A stretch of DNA of 63,563 nt, filler included, from Octopus bimaculoides (lineage: Eukaryota): NCBI RefSeq assembly GCF_001194135.2. It is 6 parts of 6 records of this genome, joined end to end, with 100 filler letters (N's around TTAATTAATTAA, not from the genome) between each part and the next. Parts side by side here need not be neighbours in the genome. Positions count along the whole stretch, not along the records: positions 1 to 27,542 come from NC_068986.1; 5 more parts are not named here. One strand, written 5' to 3'. Below are positions 10,947 to 21,721 of this stretch, one piece after another (the stretch's first letter is position 1; each line of letters begins with the position of its first letter). The translations under genes were made by a program, and so were the position numbers. The notes below the pieces were generated by a model. That model was not told the DNA's origin, ran no database searches, and was given only the letters and a program-made list of their open reading frames with translations.

Positions 10947-12316
10947 CATGAAATTTTTTTTCCCACAAGAATTCCAGACCCCAGTAATGAACATACAGCT
11001 AATTAGAGCAAAGCCATCTTTATCCTTTCTAGTCAGCACCATGCGTTCCTTACCCTTCCCTCTCTCTACTGGCAGACAGCAACCTTTTTGTCACTTTCAA
11101 ATAAAAATTTCGCTCTCACTACAAGTACTACTGTCTCTAACTACTAGTCAGGCAAACAAATAAATATATGTAAATAATATTTCTTCCCTCTTGGTGTTGA
11201 TCCTTCGATGTTCACTGGTTACTCCGATGTTGGCGCAATAATACACTTACCCAAACTGAATTGCTGGAGTTATTTCATTTTTTCCAGAAAATTGTTTTTA
11301 AAAAGGTTTAAAGCTTAATCATTTTCACCCAGTCAGGAAACAGGATTTGGAAGCTGCCATTTTGTGCATGACTGCACATTTTGTTGTCAACATCCTGAAA
11401 ATGCTTATATTTTTTATATTTTCCAAGAATTTTTCATGGGTCCAGCTAGTTATAATAAATAGATCTAGAATTTACTACTAATAATATAATAGTACTCAGC
11501 GAAATTTCTTAGTACTCTCACATTTTTATGACTATTTTTTTAGGATCTTTTCTGTTTGGTTGCCAGCATCAATTTTCTATTCGAATTGATTTCATATTCA
11601 GGCTAATTAATGAAGTGAAAGTAATTTCCCCTCTAAATCAATAAATAAAGAGTTATGAGTAATTAAAGTTTGGAAATTTTGGTAATTTTAGTCAATCGTA
11701 AGCCTCAGACACATTCATGTTTTTCTCTTTTAAATTAACAAACATTTATTTACATGAAAGAAAATTACCTAAGAACTTTCGTGCTAAAAATAACAGCTAA
11801 ATAAGATTTATTTACATGAAAGAAAATTACCAGAGACATAACACGTTTACAAATATTGACAACATGTGCTATTTTGTCAAACACAAAATGACAGCTTCCA
11901 AATCCTGTTTCCTGACTGGGTGAAAATGATTGAACTTTAAACCTCTATAACTTTTAAAAAACATTTTTCTGGAAGAAATGAAATAACTCCAGCAATTCAG
12001 TTTGGGCAAGTGTATTATTGTACCAACTTTGGAGTAACCAGAGAACATTGAAGGATCAACAACAAGAAGGAAGAAATATTATTTACATATATTTATCATT
12101 TATTTGCCTGACAGGTAGAGACAGTAGTACTTGTAGTCATACTGAAATTTTTTTTCAATAGTGACAAAAAGGTTGCTGTCTGCCAGTAGAGAAGGAAAGA
12201 GTAATGAATGCACGGTGCTGACTAGAAAGGATAAAAGTGGCTCTGCTCTGATTGGCTGTATGCAAATGAGTTCATTACTGGGGTCTGGAACTCTCTTGGG
12301 AAAAACAATTTTCATG
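10947..12316. mobile_element. Non-autonomous foldback DNA transposon with ~430-bp TIRs, CATG termini, 7-bp TSD (P-superfamily/Galileo-like)
   Basis: About 10947-11370 is the reverse complement of about 11880-12316; ends CATGAAATT...AATTTTCATG; flanks GCCAGCT (10940-10946) and GCCAACT (12317-12323); splits a host repeat that continues on both sides. Confidence 0.8.
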
Positions 12317-13559
12317 GCCAACTTCTGTCAAACTCATACTAGCATGGAAAACAAGTGTTAGATAATGATATTGATGATGATGGTTTTAAATTGAACAAAA
12401 TATTTTAAATTGAACATAATACTCCAAATAATTATATATATTTCTAATAGCAGTAGAACAAGCAGCTGTATGCTATGTCTAGAAATGTCATTCAAATCAA
12501 TAGTTTAACAATGTAGCCATTTAACTATTGTAAAACCATTACACTGTAACAAACATTAATGGGAAACATTAATACTGATAAAAATATCAAGCAATGTTTG
12601 AAAATTTTATTGATAAATCCATCAATACTTACACTGCATTAAGCCATATTCTAGTCTTCTCAAAATCCTTACTCAATGCAACAGTCGTTTTTGCTCGAAG
12701 CTGTACAGAAAAATACATAAATTTGGATTATTTATTATTTGTTTGTTACATCAAAGAAAAAATATGCCAGAATTATAGAGTGGAGAATGAGATATGGTAA
12801 TGTTTATGTTTATACAATTTTCTAGGGTACTATACTAGTGTGAGAAGACAACAATAGGATCTTGCAGTTGTGTAACAGAGGTCTACTGGCCATCTTACAT
12901 GTATTTTATCAACTTCTAACAATAATAAGACATTAATAAGGATTTTCTAAAACCTGAAATTGTCTGTTTTATGCCTGTTCTTCAATGTTAGCATAACACA
13001 AATATATATTGCCACTTGTCTTTGAAAATGCAGAGCTACCAGACAATTTGTTGACAAGTAAATGCCACTATCAGCATCTGGAGCTCAACTATTTGAAGAA
13101 TAAGTGCAAAATGTAAACATTCACACACTTGAATTTCTCTTCTTTCAATCACTTCATTCATTCATTCATCTAACCCATATTACTGACATATACTTTTGTA
13201 ACCTGTAATTATTTAAATCAATTCTTCAAATAACTTTCAAATTGTAATTCCCTAAAACCTTAGTTTTCTCTGTTTCATGTTTTCGCCACTGCTCTAAAAT
13301 TCATAAGCACTCTTGTTTTACTTATGTCTCTCACTATTGCCATGTTTCTCCCATTCATAGGCACTCTTGCTTTAAATTGGCATTACTTGTCTGCAATGCA
13401 CCCACCCATCCCTGCCCCTACACTGAAAATCTATTTTCAATACCGGAAACCACTACAGGGCTCTGCCTTGCTTCTCTACCAGAAGACTACTTGCATACCT
13501 CCATCCCTGCTACCAACAATCACCCACACTACTACTGCATGCACCAAAAGGTGTGCAAG

Positions 13560-14370
13560 AGAAACAAATGCACTGGTATGGTCATGTGATGCATATGGAC
13601 GAGGACAGATGTGTAAAGAAGTGCCAATTCCTAACTGTGGAGGGAACCTGCAGTACAGGAAGACATATGATGAGGTGGTGAAACATGATCACCAAACTTT
13701 GAGCCTCATAAAGGCAATGACTGGTGACCAAGACCTTTGATGATAAGCTGTGCTTGAGAAGACCCATCAAGCCAAGTGAAATCATAGTTGTGGCTGGTGT
13801 TAGGTAACTGGCACCAGTGTGACACGTAAAAGACACCTTTCGAGCATTGAGCCTCATGGAGATAAAGTGGTTGAACTTCATTCGAATGTTGGGCCTCACA
13901 GTGGCAATAACTGAGATCTTTGTGCTTGAGAAGACCCATCAAGCCAAGTAAAATCGCAGTTGTGGCAGACACTGGTATTGTGCCAGTAGAACGGAAAAGC
14001 ATCTTTCGAGCATTGGGCCTCACAGAGGCAAGGACCAAGGCCATTTGGCATTATGCCAGACTTCAAGCGTTAGACCTTAAAGAGGCAATGACTAAGTCCA
14101 TTTGGCATTATGCCATGCTTGAGAAGAAGACCCATCAGGCCAAGTAAAACCACAGTCATGGCAAACACCAGTGTCACACAAATGGTACCCATGCTGGTTG
14201 CATGTAAAAGCACCCATCACAATCTCGGAGTGGGTGGCGTTAGGAAGGGTATCAAGCTGTAGAAACCATGCCAAAACAGACTAGTCTGGTGCAGCCTTCC
14301 AGCTTGCCAGCCCTGGTCAAACTTTCCAACCCATGCCAGCATGGACAACAGATGTTAAATGATGATCATG
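13560..14370 (+). mobile_element. RTE 3' end with 3-4 reiterated terminal segments followed by the 3'-tail repeat
   Basis: GGGCCTCACAGAGGCAA and GCTTGAGAAGACCCATCAAGCCAAGT each recur several times between 13700 and 14160. Confidence 0.7.
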
Positions 14371-14409
14371 ATGTATATATGTACACACGCACGTACACAC
14401 ACACTTTGT

Positions 14410-14830
14410 ACAGTTTCGTCATGGCGATACCTGCTCAGAGGCTTACGCAAAGTTGCAGAAAGTGTATGGAGAGGAGTGTATGAGCTGCACACAAGTGTAC
14501 CCGCAACCATACAGTTCAGTTCAGTCCATTATCACTGAAGATTTGGGTATGAGATGCATGTCTGCCAAGTTTGTACCAAAACTGCTTTCAGCTGATCAAA
14601 AAGACACTCAGGTTTCAGTTGCACAAGATCTCTTTGAATGTGTCAAGAAGAATGAAAACTTTTTGTAAACTTTGCATAGGCCTCTGAGCAGGTATTGCCA
14701 AGCTTTTGGCAAAATTTGAAGTAGATTCTCTGCTCAATTTTCTTTATCATAGTCAATATGACACTACACGCCTTCCTTTGAAGCACTGCTGTAAACAGCA
14801 GAAGTGAAACAGAACATTAAAAACTTAGTG
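14410..14830. mobile_element. Mariner transposase relic with internal inversion
   Basis: + strand GDTCSEAYAKLQKVYGEECMSCTQVY...EDLGMRCMSAKFVPKLL (WVP-like motif); 14668-14700 is an inverted copy of 14424-14454 and continues on - as IEQRIYFKFCQKLGNTCSEA. Confidence 0.75.
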
Positions 14831-14976
14831 GGCATGCACAATAGAGTTCAAGATCAATCTATGCCAAGTGGCTTCACTCTGCATGCTTTAGCATCATTAA
14901 TATGGCAACAGTTCAGTTATCTATTGATCAAACCATGCATGTATATACATACATACATACATATATATATATATAT

Positions 14977-15212
14977 GTACATAATATGAGACAATTATTC
15001 AATAGCCATTATAAAACTCCGAGTTTCGAATGCCAGAGCAGAAACCCACACCGCCATCTCTTCAGTTATCTGGCCACTGAAAATTGCAGGTCATTTTCAT
15101 AGAAATTTTCAATGGCCAGATAACTGAAGAGATGGTGGCGTGGGTTTCCACCCCGGCATCCGAAACTCAGAGTTTTATCATGGCTACCGAATAATTGTCA
15201 CATATTATTTAC
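14977..15212. repeat. 236-bp imperfect palindrome (~108-bp arms, 18-nt spacer), each arm carrying an HHR-like motif
   Basis: 14977-15085 is the reverse complement of 15104-15212. Confidence 0.9.
15113..15186 (+). ncRNA. Type I hammerhead-like motif (variant)
   Basis: TGGCCAGATAA-CTGAAGA-GATG..GTGG/CCAC..CATC-C-GAAA-CTCAGAG-TT-TTATCATGGCTA: 11-bp stem I with one bulge, both core boxes, near-palindromic stem III, GUU triplet; one extra C at the base of stem II is non-canonical. Confidence 0.55.
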
Positions 15213-15276
15213 AGATAAATTCCTCTATTTACATAATATCGAGGTCTCTTTCTTTCTTTTGTTGTCCTTCCTATCA

Positions 15277-15308
<32 letters not shown>

Positions 15309-15415
15309 TATCATTAATAAATCATAGGGCAGCAAAAAAAATTTTAGAAATTTTATTTACCACCAGTGGTCCAGCGAGAATAAAAATTAGTCAATAGACT
15401 ATATATATATTATTC

Positions 15416-15523
15416 ATTAAAATACAGAGATGCCTATAATAGGACATCTAACCCGCTAGAAAGAGCAGTAACCCTCTTTCTAGCAGGTTAGATGTCCTAT
15501 TATAGGCATCTCTGTATTTTAAT
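15416..15523. repeat. Near-perfect hairpin (50-bp arms, 8-nt loop, one mismatch)
   Basis: ATTAAAATACAGAGATGCCTATAATAGGACATCTAACCCGCTAGAAAGAG / CTCTTTCTAGCAGGTTAGATGTCCTATTATAGGCATCTCTGTATTTTAAT. Confidence 0.95.
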
Positions 15524-15753
15524 ATATATCATCATCATCATCATCGTTTAACGTCCGCTTTCCATGCTAGCATGGGTTGGACGATTTGACTGAGGACTGG
15601 TGAAACCGGATGGCAACACCAGGCTCCAGTCTGATTTGGCAGAGTTTCTACAGCTGGATGCCCTTCCTAACGCCAACCATAATCATTTTAAAGTCCTATC
15701 TGAAGATTTTCTATAGAATTTACAGCTACCACTGTGTTACAACATTTCATTAA

Positions 15754-15817
15754 CAGATTGGGTATTATATGCATATTTCAAGGATTATTATCCTTTCATC
15801 AGCACTTTATCTAACCC
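15754..15817 (-). ncRNA. Type I hammerhead ribozyme, sister of 4487-4540, stem I damaged
   Basis: Minus strand GTG-CTGATGA-AAGGAT-AATA-ATCCTT-GAAA-TATGCATA-TA; lies in 15680-15925, homologous to about 4360-4640. Confidence 0.65.
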
Positions 15818-16299
15818 ATTAACTATCCATGAACACACTGTTTAAATATCCACCAGATTTAAAGAATAGACCAATTTGTATATTAAACACATTCCTAGCA
15901 ACTAGTACGCATATTTAATTACTGGCGCAGCAGCAGTATTTTATTTTGTTACCATAATACACTACTAAATATAATATATACACACACACACACACACACA
16001 GATACATANNNNNNNNNNNNNNNNNNNNNNNNNNNNNNNNATATATACACACACACACACACACACTCCTGTTAAGGCTAGATTGATTATCTTGTACACA
16101 AATATTCTCCTTTATCATCTGGATTATTGTTTAACCCTTCTATTGAAACATACTATTAATTAATTTTTGAAAATGATTTAAAATCTGAAGGGACTTCACA
16201 AAATATTTTTTTCATCATTTATCTAGAGTTTGTAATATACTATATGTTCTTTCATGAAATTGTGGTGAAAAATTTTAAATGGTAATATTTTTAAATGGA

Positions 16300-17330
16300 T
16301 AGTTTATATCACAGAACCAAAGCAATCTTGGGCAGGTTAAGGTTGAATACATTTTGATGCGGTTTTTCCAGTCAGACATAGTTTTGGATCTTATGTACAT
16401 CATCTTGCATTTTATTCCTATGACATCTCATTTGAGTAACCTAATGCTTTCAGCATTCCCCCAACAACTACCTAATCTTGGTTTATCTCAGCACTAGAGA
16501 CCTTCTATTATTAATTTACAACAATTATTCACAAACATCATCTATTCAAATTACTTGTCTATACCAGTATTTTTCTCATTTGCACACATTGGTCGATGCT
16601 TAAATATAACCACCAGTATCCAAAGAGACTAGAATAGCATGAGTTAATACAGGATAAATAAGTGACCTTTGTAAGAAGAATGAATATCTCTTTTCCACAT
16701 AGCAATGTAGCATACCTCACATTTAATTTATACTCCAATTGCTTTATCATCTTACTTGCACTCAGCTTTTTTCATATATTAGTATTGCAACATCTTCCTC
16801 CCCAATCAAGCAAGAAACATCGACATTCACTATCTATCTTTCACACCCATATAGCACTGATCCTTCTAGGCATGTGTCATAGGACCACATTATTTCAAGC
16901 AAGAGTTATCTTCCCTGTCATAAACTTTTCTACATCAGAAATGAAGGTTTTTAAATCTCAACACAGCATAACAATAATAATTTTTTTTTTTAACATTTAA
17001 CTTGCATTGTAGAATACTCAACAAAACTGCTGTTGACTGGTGATTACAATTTCAGTGCCTTCCAACAGTATCATTCTTTCCAGAGGTACCAAACAGCAAT
17101 GATGCTGCCAGAGAATGTCAGTGTCCTTTTGGCCATAGTAAAACATAGCTTTTTTAACCTTTTGTCATTCATGCAATCACCATAATAAACTGAAAGCAGT
17201 TGTAACCACTCCAACTGTACATCAACTATTTTGCTTTATTATTTGTTGAAGACTCAAATCAACAAACTGACAGAAATGTTCGAACATTAGATAAAATAAT
17301 GTCCAGCTCATTTTAACATTCTCTTAAATA
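16300..17330 (-). mobile_element. Possible very old hAT-like transposase relic
   Basis: Scraps DLSLQQIIKQ and FTMAKRTLTFSG (cf. FLAKxNLAFRG); motif memory only, heavily decayed. Confidence 0.2.
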
Positions 17331-17399
17331 TCAAGCTCATTCTGGAATCAATAGAATAAAGTCATTTCCTTATAACTCCTGGCCTTGTGCCTAAATTAA

Positions 17400-19160
17400 A
17401 AGCCATTGTTTATTTGGGATGTGTCCTTTGCAGTCAGCTTTGGTCTTTCTCTGACACACAGCTGGCATAACCATTGTGGGACATTTTTTGTTGAATTACT
17501 GCTTTGCTGTCCATCCTAAGTCCAATGTCAGCCAGGTAAGATGCAGTCAGTCCAACTATAAACCCATGACATCCTATCTCTACTGGAATCACTGTGGACT
17601 GCCATCCTTGTGCATCACACAATTCTTTAATTCCTTCATACTGCATGTGCTTATTCTAGGTTCTGTCAATCAATTCAACAAGCATAATTTATTTTGCCAA
17701 AGCAAGTGCATTACTTCATTATTGCAACATGGTTTGGGAATATGAGCACTTCCTTCAAATCAACCTGCACTTTTTAGTCATTAGCACCATAAAACAAGTT
17801 TGATTTTAAATTTCCCTTTGTTTTTGCTCCTGAATTATCCTTCCACTCTATCCTACAGTTTCATGTTGATTCTCATTGCATGGGTGTGCTGCATTGCAAT
17901 TTTAGTGATTAAGCAAAGAGTCAAGACTTGGTTATACCACCAAACTCTGCAAGGGATGACTTACATGTTGCTAAAATATGTTCCAGTAATGCACAACCTC
18001 CACATCAATGACAATCAACAGTGTTACTCAAGTCCAGCCCTAGCGCCTAACATTGACAGAGGATGGAACCTCATCATACACTACTCTCAAGAAAAATTTC
18101 AGCTGTCTTACTGTTTCCATTTACAACATGCTCCACAATAGGTTTTTTGCCTGGCTACCATAAGCATTGGTTTCTTAACCCTGCTGTCTAAGTCACATGC
18201 TCCTCTTCAATATAACAAATTTCTTTAATCACAACATCTTGGTTACCTTTGTTACTCTGATGAGATAACCATTTGTTCTACATCCGTCCCAGCTGGAGTT
18301 TTGTAGTAGTAGTATAAAGGCCAGCTCTTGTAAAGCATGATGGCAGACTGACCCACTCCTATGGGAACTTGTTAATACACTTTTCTATCCTTTCTGCCAA
18401 ACCATAGTTATCAATGACAGTTAGATCTTGTCTCAATATGACCTCAATCTCAGTATCCTTCTTTGCATCATTTAAAGGTACTATGGAGATACTGCAGCAC
18501 TTAATTGCCTGCTTCCTAATCATTGGAATTAGCTCCCCTAAAATTTCCAAGTTGAATTCTTTAACTTGAAATTACATTATGAACAGAGTGCAGCTTCTTT
18601 TGAATTTAGTGTTCAGTCAGGATTGTTGGGATGCTCATCAAACCAAACTAATTTTGCTTCTGTTTATCTCCTCTATGGTAGTAATGTCATCAATAAAAGC
18701 ATACAGCTGTAACAGTTTCAGATGTCTTCTGACCTTCATTCCATCCAAGCAGCTTATTGCACTTCTCAAACCATAGCCACAACAAAGGAGTAGAGGAATG
18801 GCAGCCCATCTTGATGCCTACATCCTTTGTCTGCAAGTTTGTTGTGAATTCCCTTTTGTGGTAAACTGTATGACTTTTGAATCAAGGTATCACAATTGAA
18901 AATCCTTCACACATCTCAGAATGTTAAAAATAATCCAATGATTTACAAATCAGAGCATCAGGAACTGATCTACATGTAAGTGTTAGTCAACAAGAAACAG
19001 TCTTCTCTTCCCTTCCTAGCATGTTGAGTGGTTCTCCAACCAATCTGAATAGTATAAAGACAGCAGCCTTAGAATCCTGAAACACTAGCTTTCAGAATTG
19101 TTGTATTTGAGTTCAGTGCTAGGAAATCTTGCTACCTTTCTCATCAATGCTCTATAAAAC
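17400..19160 (-). mobile_element. HERO-clade (RLE endonuclease) non-LTR retrotransposon, 5'-truncated, degenerate
   Basis: Collinear motifs on - strand: IEGKLFY, SVPDALI, FTTNLQTKDVGIKMGC, YAFIDDITT (RT catalytic), LKFFLRVVYDEVPSSVN, LEHILATCKSSL (zinc knuckle), WYNQVL, VDLKEVLIFPNH, IMLVEL, GWQSTVIPVEIGCHGF (RLE). Confidence 0.8.
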
Positions 19161-19828
19161 AGCTTACCCTCTATATTAAGGTGGAATATGGAAAAAAAAT
19201 ACCCCCCCACACACACAACTTCTATAGACTAACAGAAATCAAAACAAAGTGTTGCACAAAACACAAAAACCTGAAAGATGAGATTAACAGTCATGAAATT
19301 TAAAATATTACATTTCATGTCAAGATTCTCAAAGAATCTATGATATTATAAAAATGAATCTTACTTGAGTAGGACTGAGTGTTACGCTTATCGAAGAATT
19401 CAGAGGAAGAATAAGATTTTCATCACGTTTACCCCCTAAAAGTGAAATGAAATTAATATTTTTATTAAGTGTTATGCATAAAAATATGAACAGAAGCAAA
19501 TTAATTGATATGACAAACTGAATATTAAGCAGGTTAAAGCCATACATACAAAATACAAATATATAAATGTATGTACACATCATCATCATTTAAACAACCA
19601 TTTTCCATACTGCCATGGTTTGGATGGTTTGACAGGAACTGGCAAGCTCAGGGGCCACACCAGCATCCATAGTCTATTTTAGCTTGGTTTCTACAGTTGG
19701 ATGCCCTTCCTAATGCCAACTACTTTACAAAGTGTATGTAGTTTCCATACATTTGCAGAATCTATGAAAGTGGGATCATGAGCAAGCCAACAGCAAAGGT
19801 AGGTTTCATAAGTGGTAAGAGTACCGGA

Positions 19829-20138
19829 ACATTAAGTAGAAAAAACGATCATAAAATAGACACTCTCAACTGCTTAGAAGGCTCCCTAGAAGTTGTGCAT
19901 GGTTTTTGTTACCTAGGAGACCAAAATGGCAATAAGAAGAGAGTAGGAAAAACCAAGGAGCTACTACATCTGTTGTCATGAAAGAGCTCCTCAGAGCAAG
20001 TTGCATGATACTTGCATGCAAAAATGTAATGCTATGGCTATTCCACCCCTGCTTGTTTTTCTCTTACTATCCTTTCCCAACAGCTTCCTTGCTTTTTCTT
20101 CTTTCAGTCAGGGGAGGAGCGATCTTTAGTCATGCAAG
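19829..20138. repeat. 310-bp exact direct duplication, copy 1
   Basis: No difference found by eye against 26291-26600; the first ~200 bp is decayed RTE (LEVVHGFCYLGDQ). Confidence 0.9.
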
Positions 20139-20475
20139 TCCCAAGGTGGTGTCTCAAAGCTAATAAAAAAAATGCAGTCAGCACATTGAATCACAATCTT
20201 GATTGGTTGGATCCTGTCAAATCATCCAACACATGCTAACATGGAATGCACATATATATATAATGATGATATATATATATCGCAATTCAGAGAGCTATGA
20301 CCTCTGTTGGCAACAAAAGGACTCTCTCAGAGTGAAAGGTAGACTATATGATGCTTGTGTGCAAACAGCTAAACTCCATGGAAGTGAGACATGGGTTCTA
20401 AATGCCAAAGGCATGCATAGACTGGAGAGAAATGAAAGTAGTATACTCCATTGGATGTGCAACATCAGTGTGCAT

Positions 20476-21721
20476 ATTATTTACATTAGATGGATGTTTG
20501 TCCTCATCTTGTTTATATACCCTCCAGCCTTCATCAGGTGTCTTGGGGAAATTTCAAACCTCGTTTCTCATTCCTAAGGTACTTTTTGATGTTATTATTA
20601 TTACTATTATTATTCAAGTCACTACCTGGAATTGAACTCAGAATCTTGGGGTTAGTAGCCTGCGCTCTTAACCACTACACCATATGCCCATGGGCAATTA
20701 TGGAGTGAATTTTAGGGCTTATAAATCTAATATTTTCCTATCCTTCCTTAATACCGGTTCCCATATGCTACTCATATCTGCACTTGATGTGCTTAAGAGG
20801 TTGTTTTGTCCTAAGCATATGTGCTGCTGCTTTTAGTTTCCGTAGCAATCGTGATACACACCACGAAGAAATGATCAGACTCAGTAACAATCTATTAAGC
20901 AACAACTACCCCAAAAACATACTATCCACTCCAATTATGAAGAAAAGAGAGGATAAAACCAATAAACTGTCCACAGTCTGTTTACCCTATGTCAAAGGCC
21001 TCTCCAAAAGATACAAAAGATATGTGGCTCATAGACATCAGGACAGTATTCAAGAGTAATACAACACTTGGTAAATATCTCCTTCGAGTAAAACCACCAT
21101 AGAAGAGAATATGACCAAAGACTGCATGTACTCCATCCCATGCAGCTGTGGTAGGTTATACAAAGGCGAAACATGTCGCCCCTTCAAAATAAAGGTAGAC
21201 GAACATCACAAAGCTGTAACACAAGGAGATATTGATAAATCGGGTATAGCTGATCATGCATGGAAAAATGGAGACCACTTCCCCCTGTGGGATGAAGTTG
21301 AAATAATAGACAGAGAACACCACTGGAAAATACAAAAACTAAAAAAAGCAGCACATATGCTAGGACACAACAACCTCCTAAGCAGACCAAGTGCAGATAT
21401 AAGAAGCATATGGGAACCAATATTAAGGAAGGATAGGAAAATATTAGATTTATAAGCCCTAAAATTCACTCCACAATTGCCCTCAAGCATATGGCGTAGT
21501 GTTAAGAGCACAGGATACTAACCCCAAGATTCCAAGTTCAATTCCAGGCAGTGACCTGAATAATAATAATAATAACATCGAAAAATACCATAGGAGGAGA
21601 ATCAAGGTTCAAAATTTCCCCAAGACACCTGATGTGTTAACTACAAACAAGATAAGGACAAATATCCGTCGAATGTAAATAATGTTCATAATTCTTCATC
21701 TTTTAAATATAGGACTATATT
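20476..21721 (+). mobile_element. Penelope-like element, 5'-truncated, with GIY-YIG endonuclease remnant and inverted pseudo-LTR
   Basis: LPYVKGLS, CMYSIPCSCGRLYKGETCRPFKIKVDEH, SGIADHAW...WDEVEIIDREHHW; about 20476-20845 is the reverse complement of about 21330-21685; 12-bp TSD ATCAGTGTGCAT (20464-20475, 21722-21733). Confidence 0.9.
21489..21556 (+). promoter_or_regulatory. tRNA-like Pol III A/B-box module inside the Penelope pLTR (mirror copy at about 20618-20690, -)
   Basis: A box TGG(C/T)GTAGTG(G), B box GTTCAATTCC, followed by an (AAT)n tract. Confidence 0.55.

Noticed and set aside
18257-18263. CTGATGA box (also 53525-53531 and the CTGATGA inside RT YADD codons)
   Set aside because: No stem II plus GAAA follows; chance or coding matches
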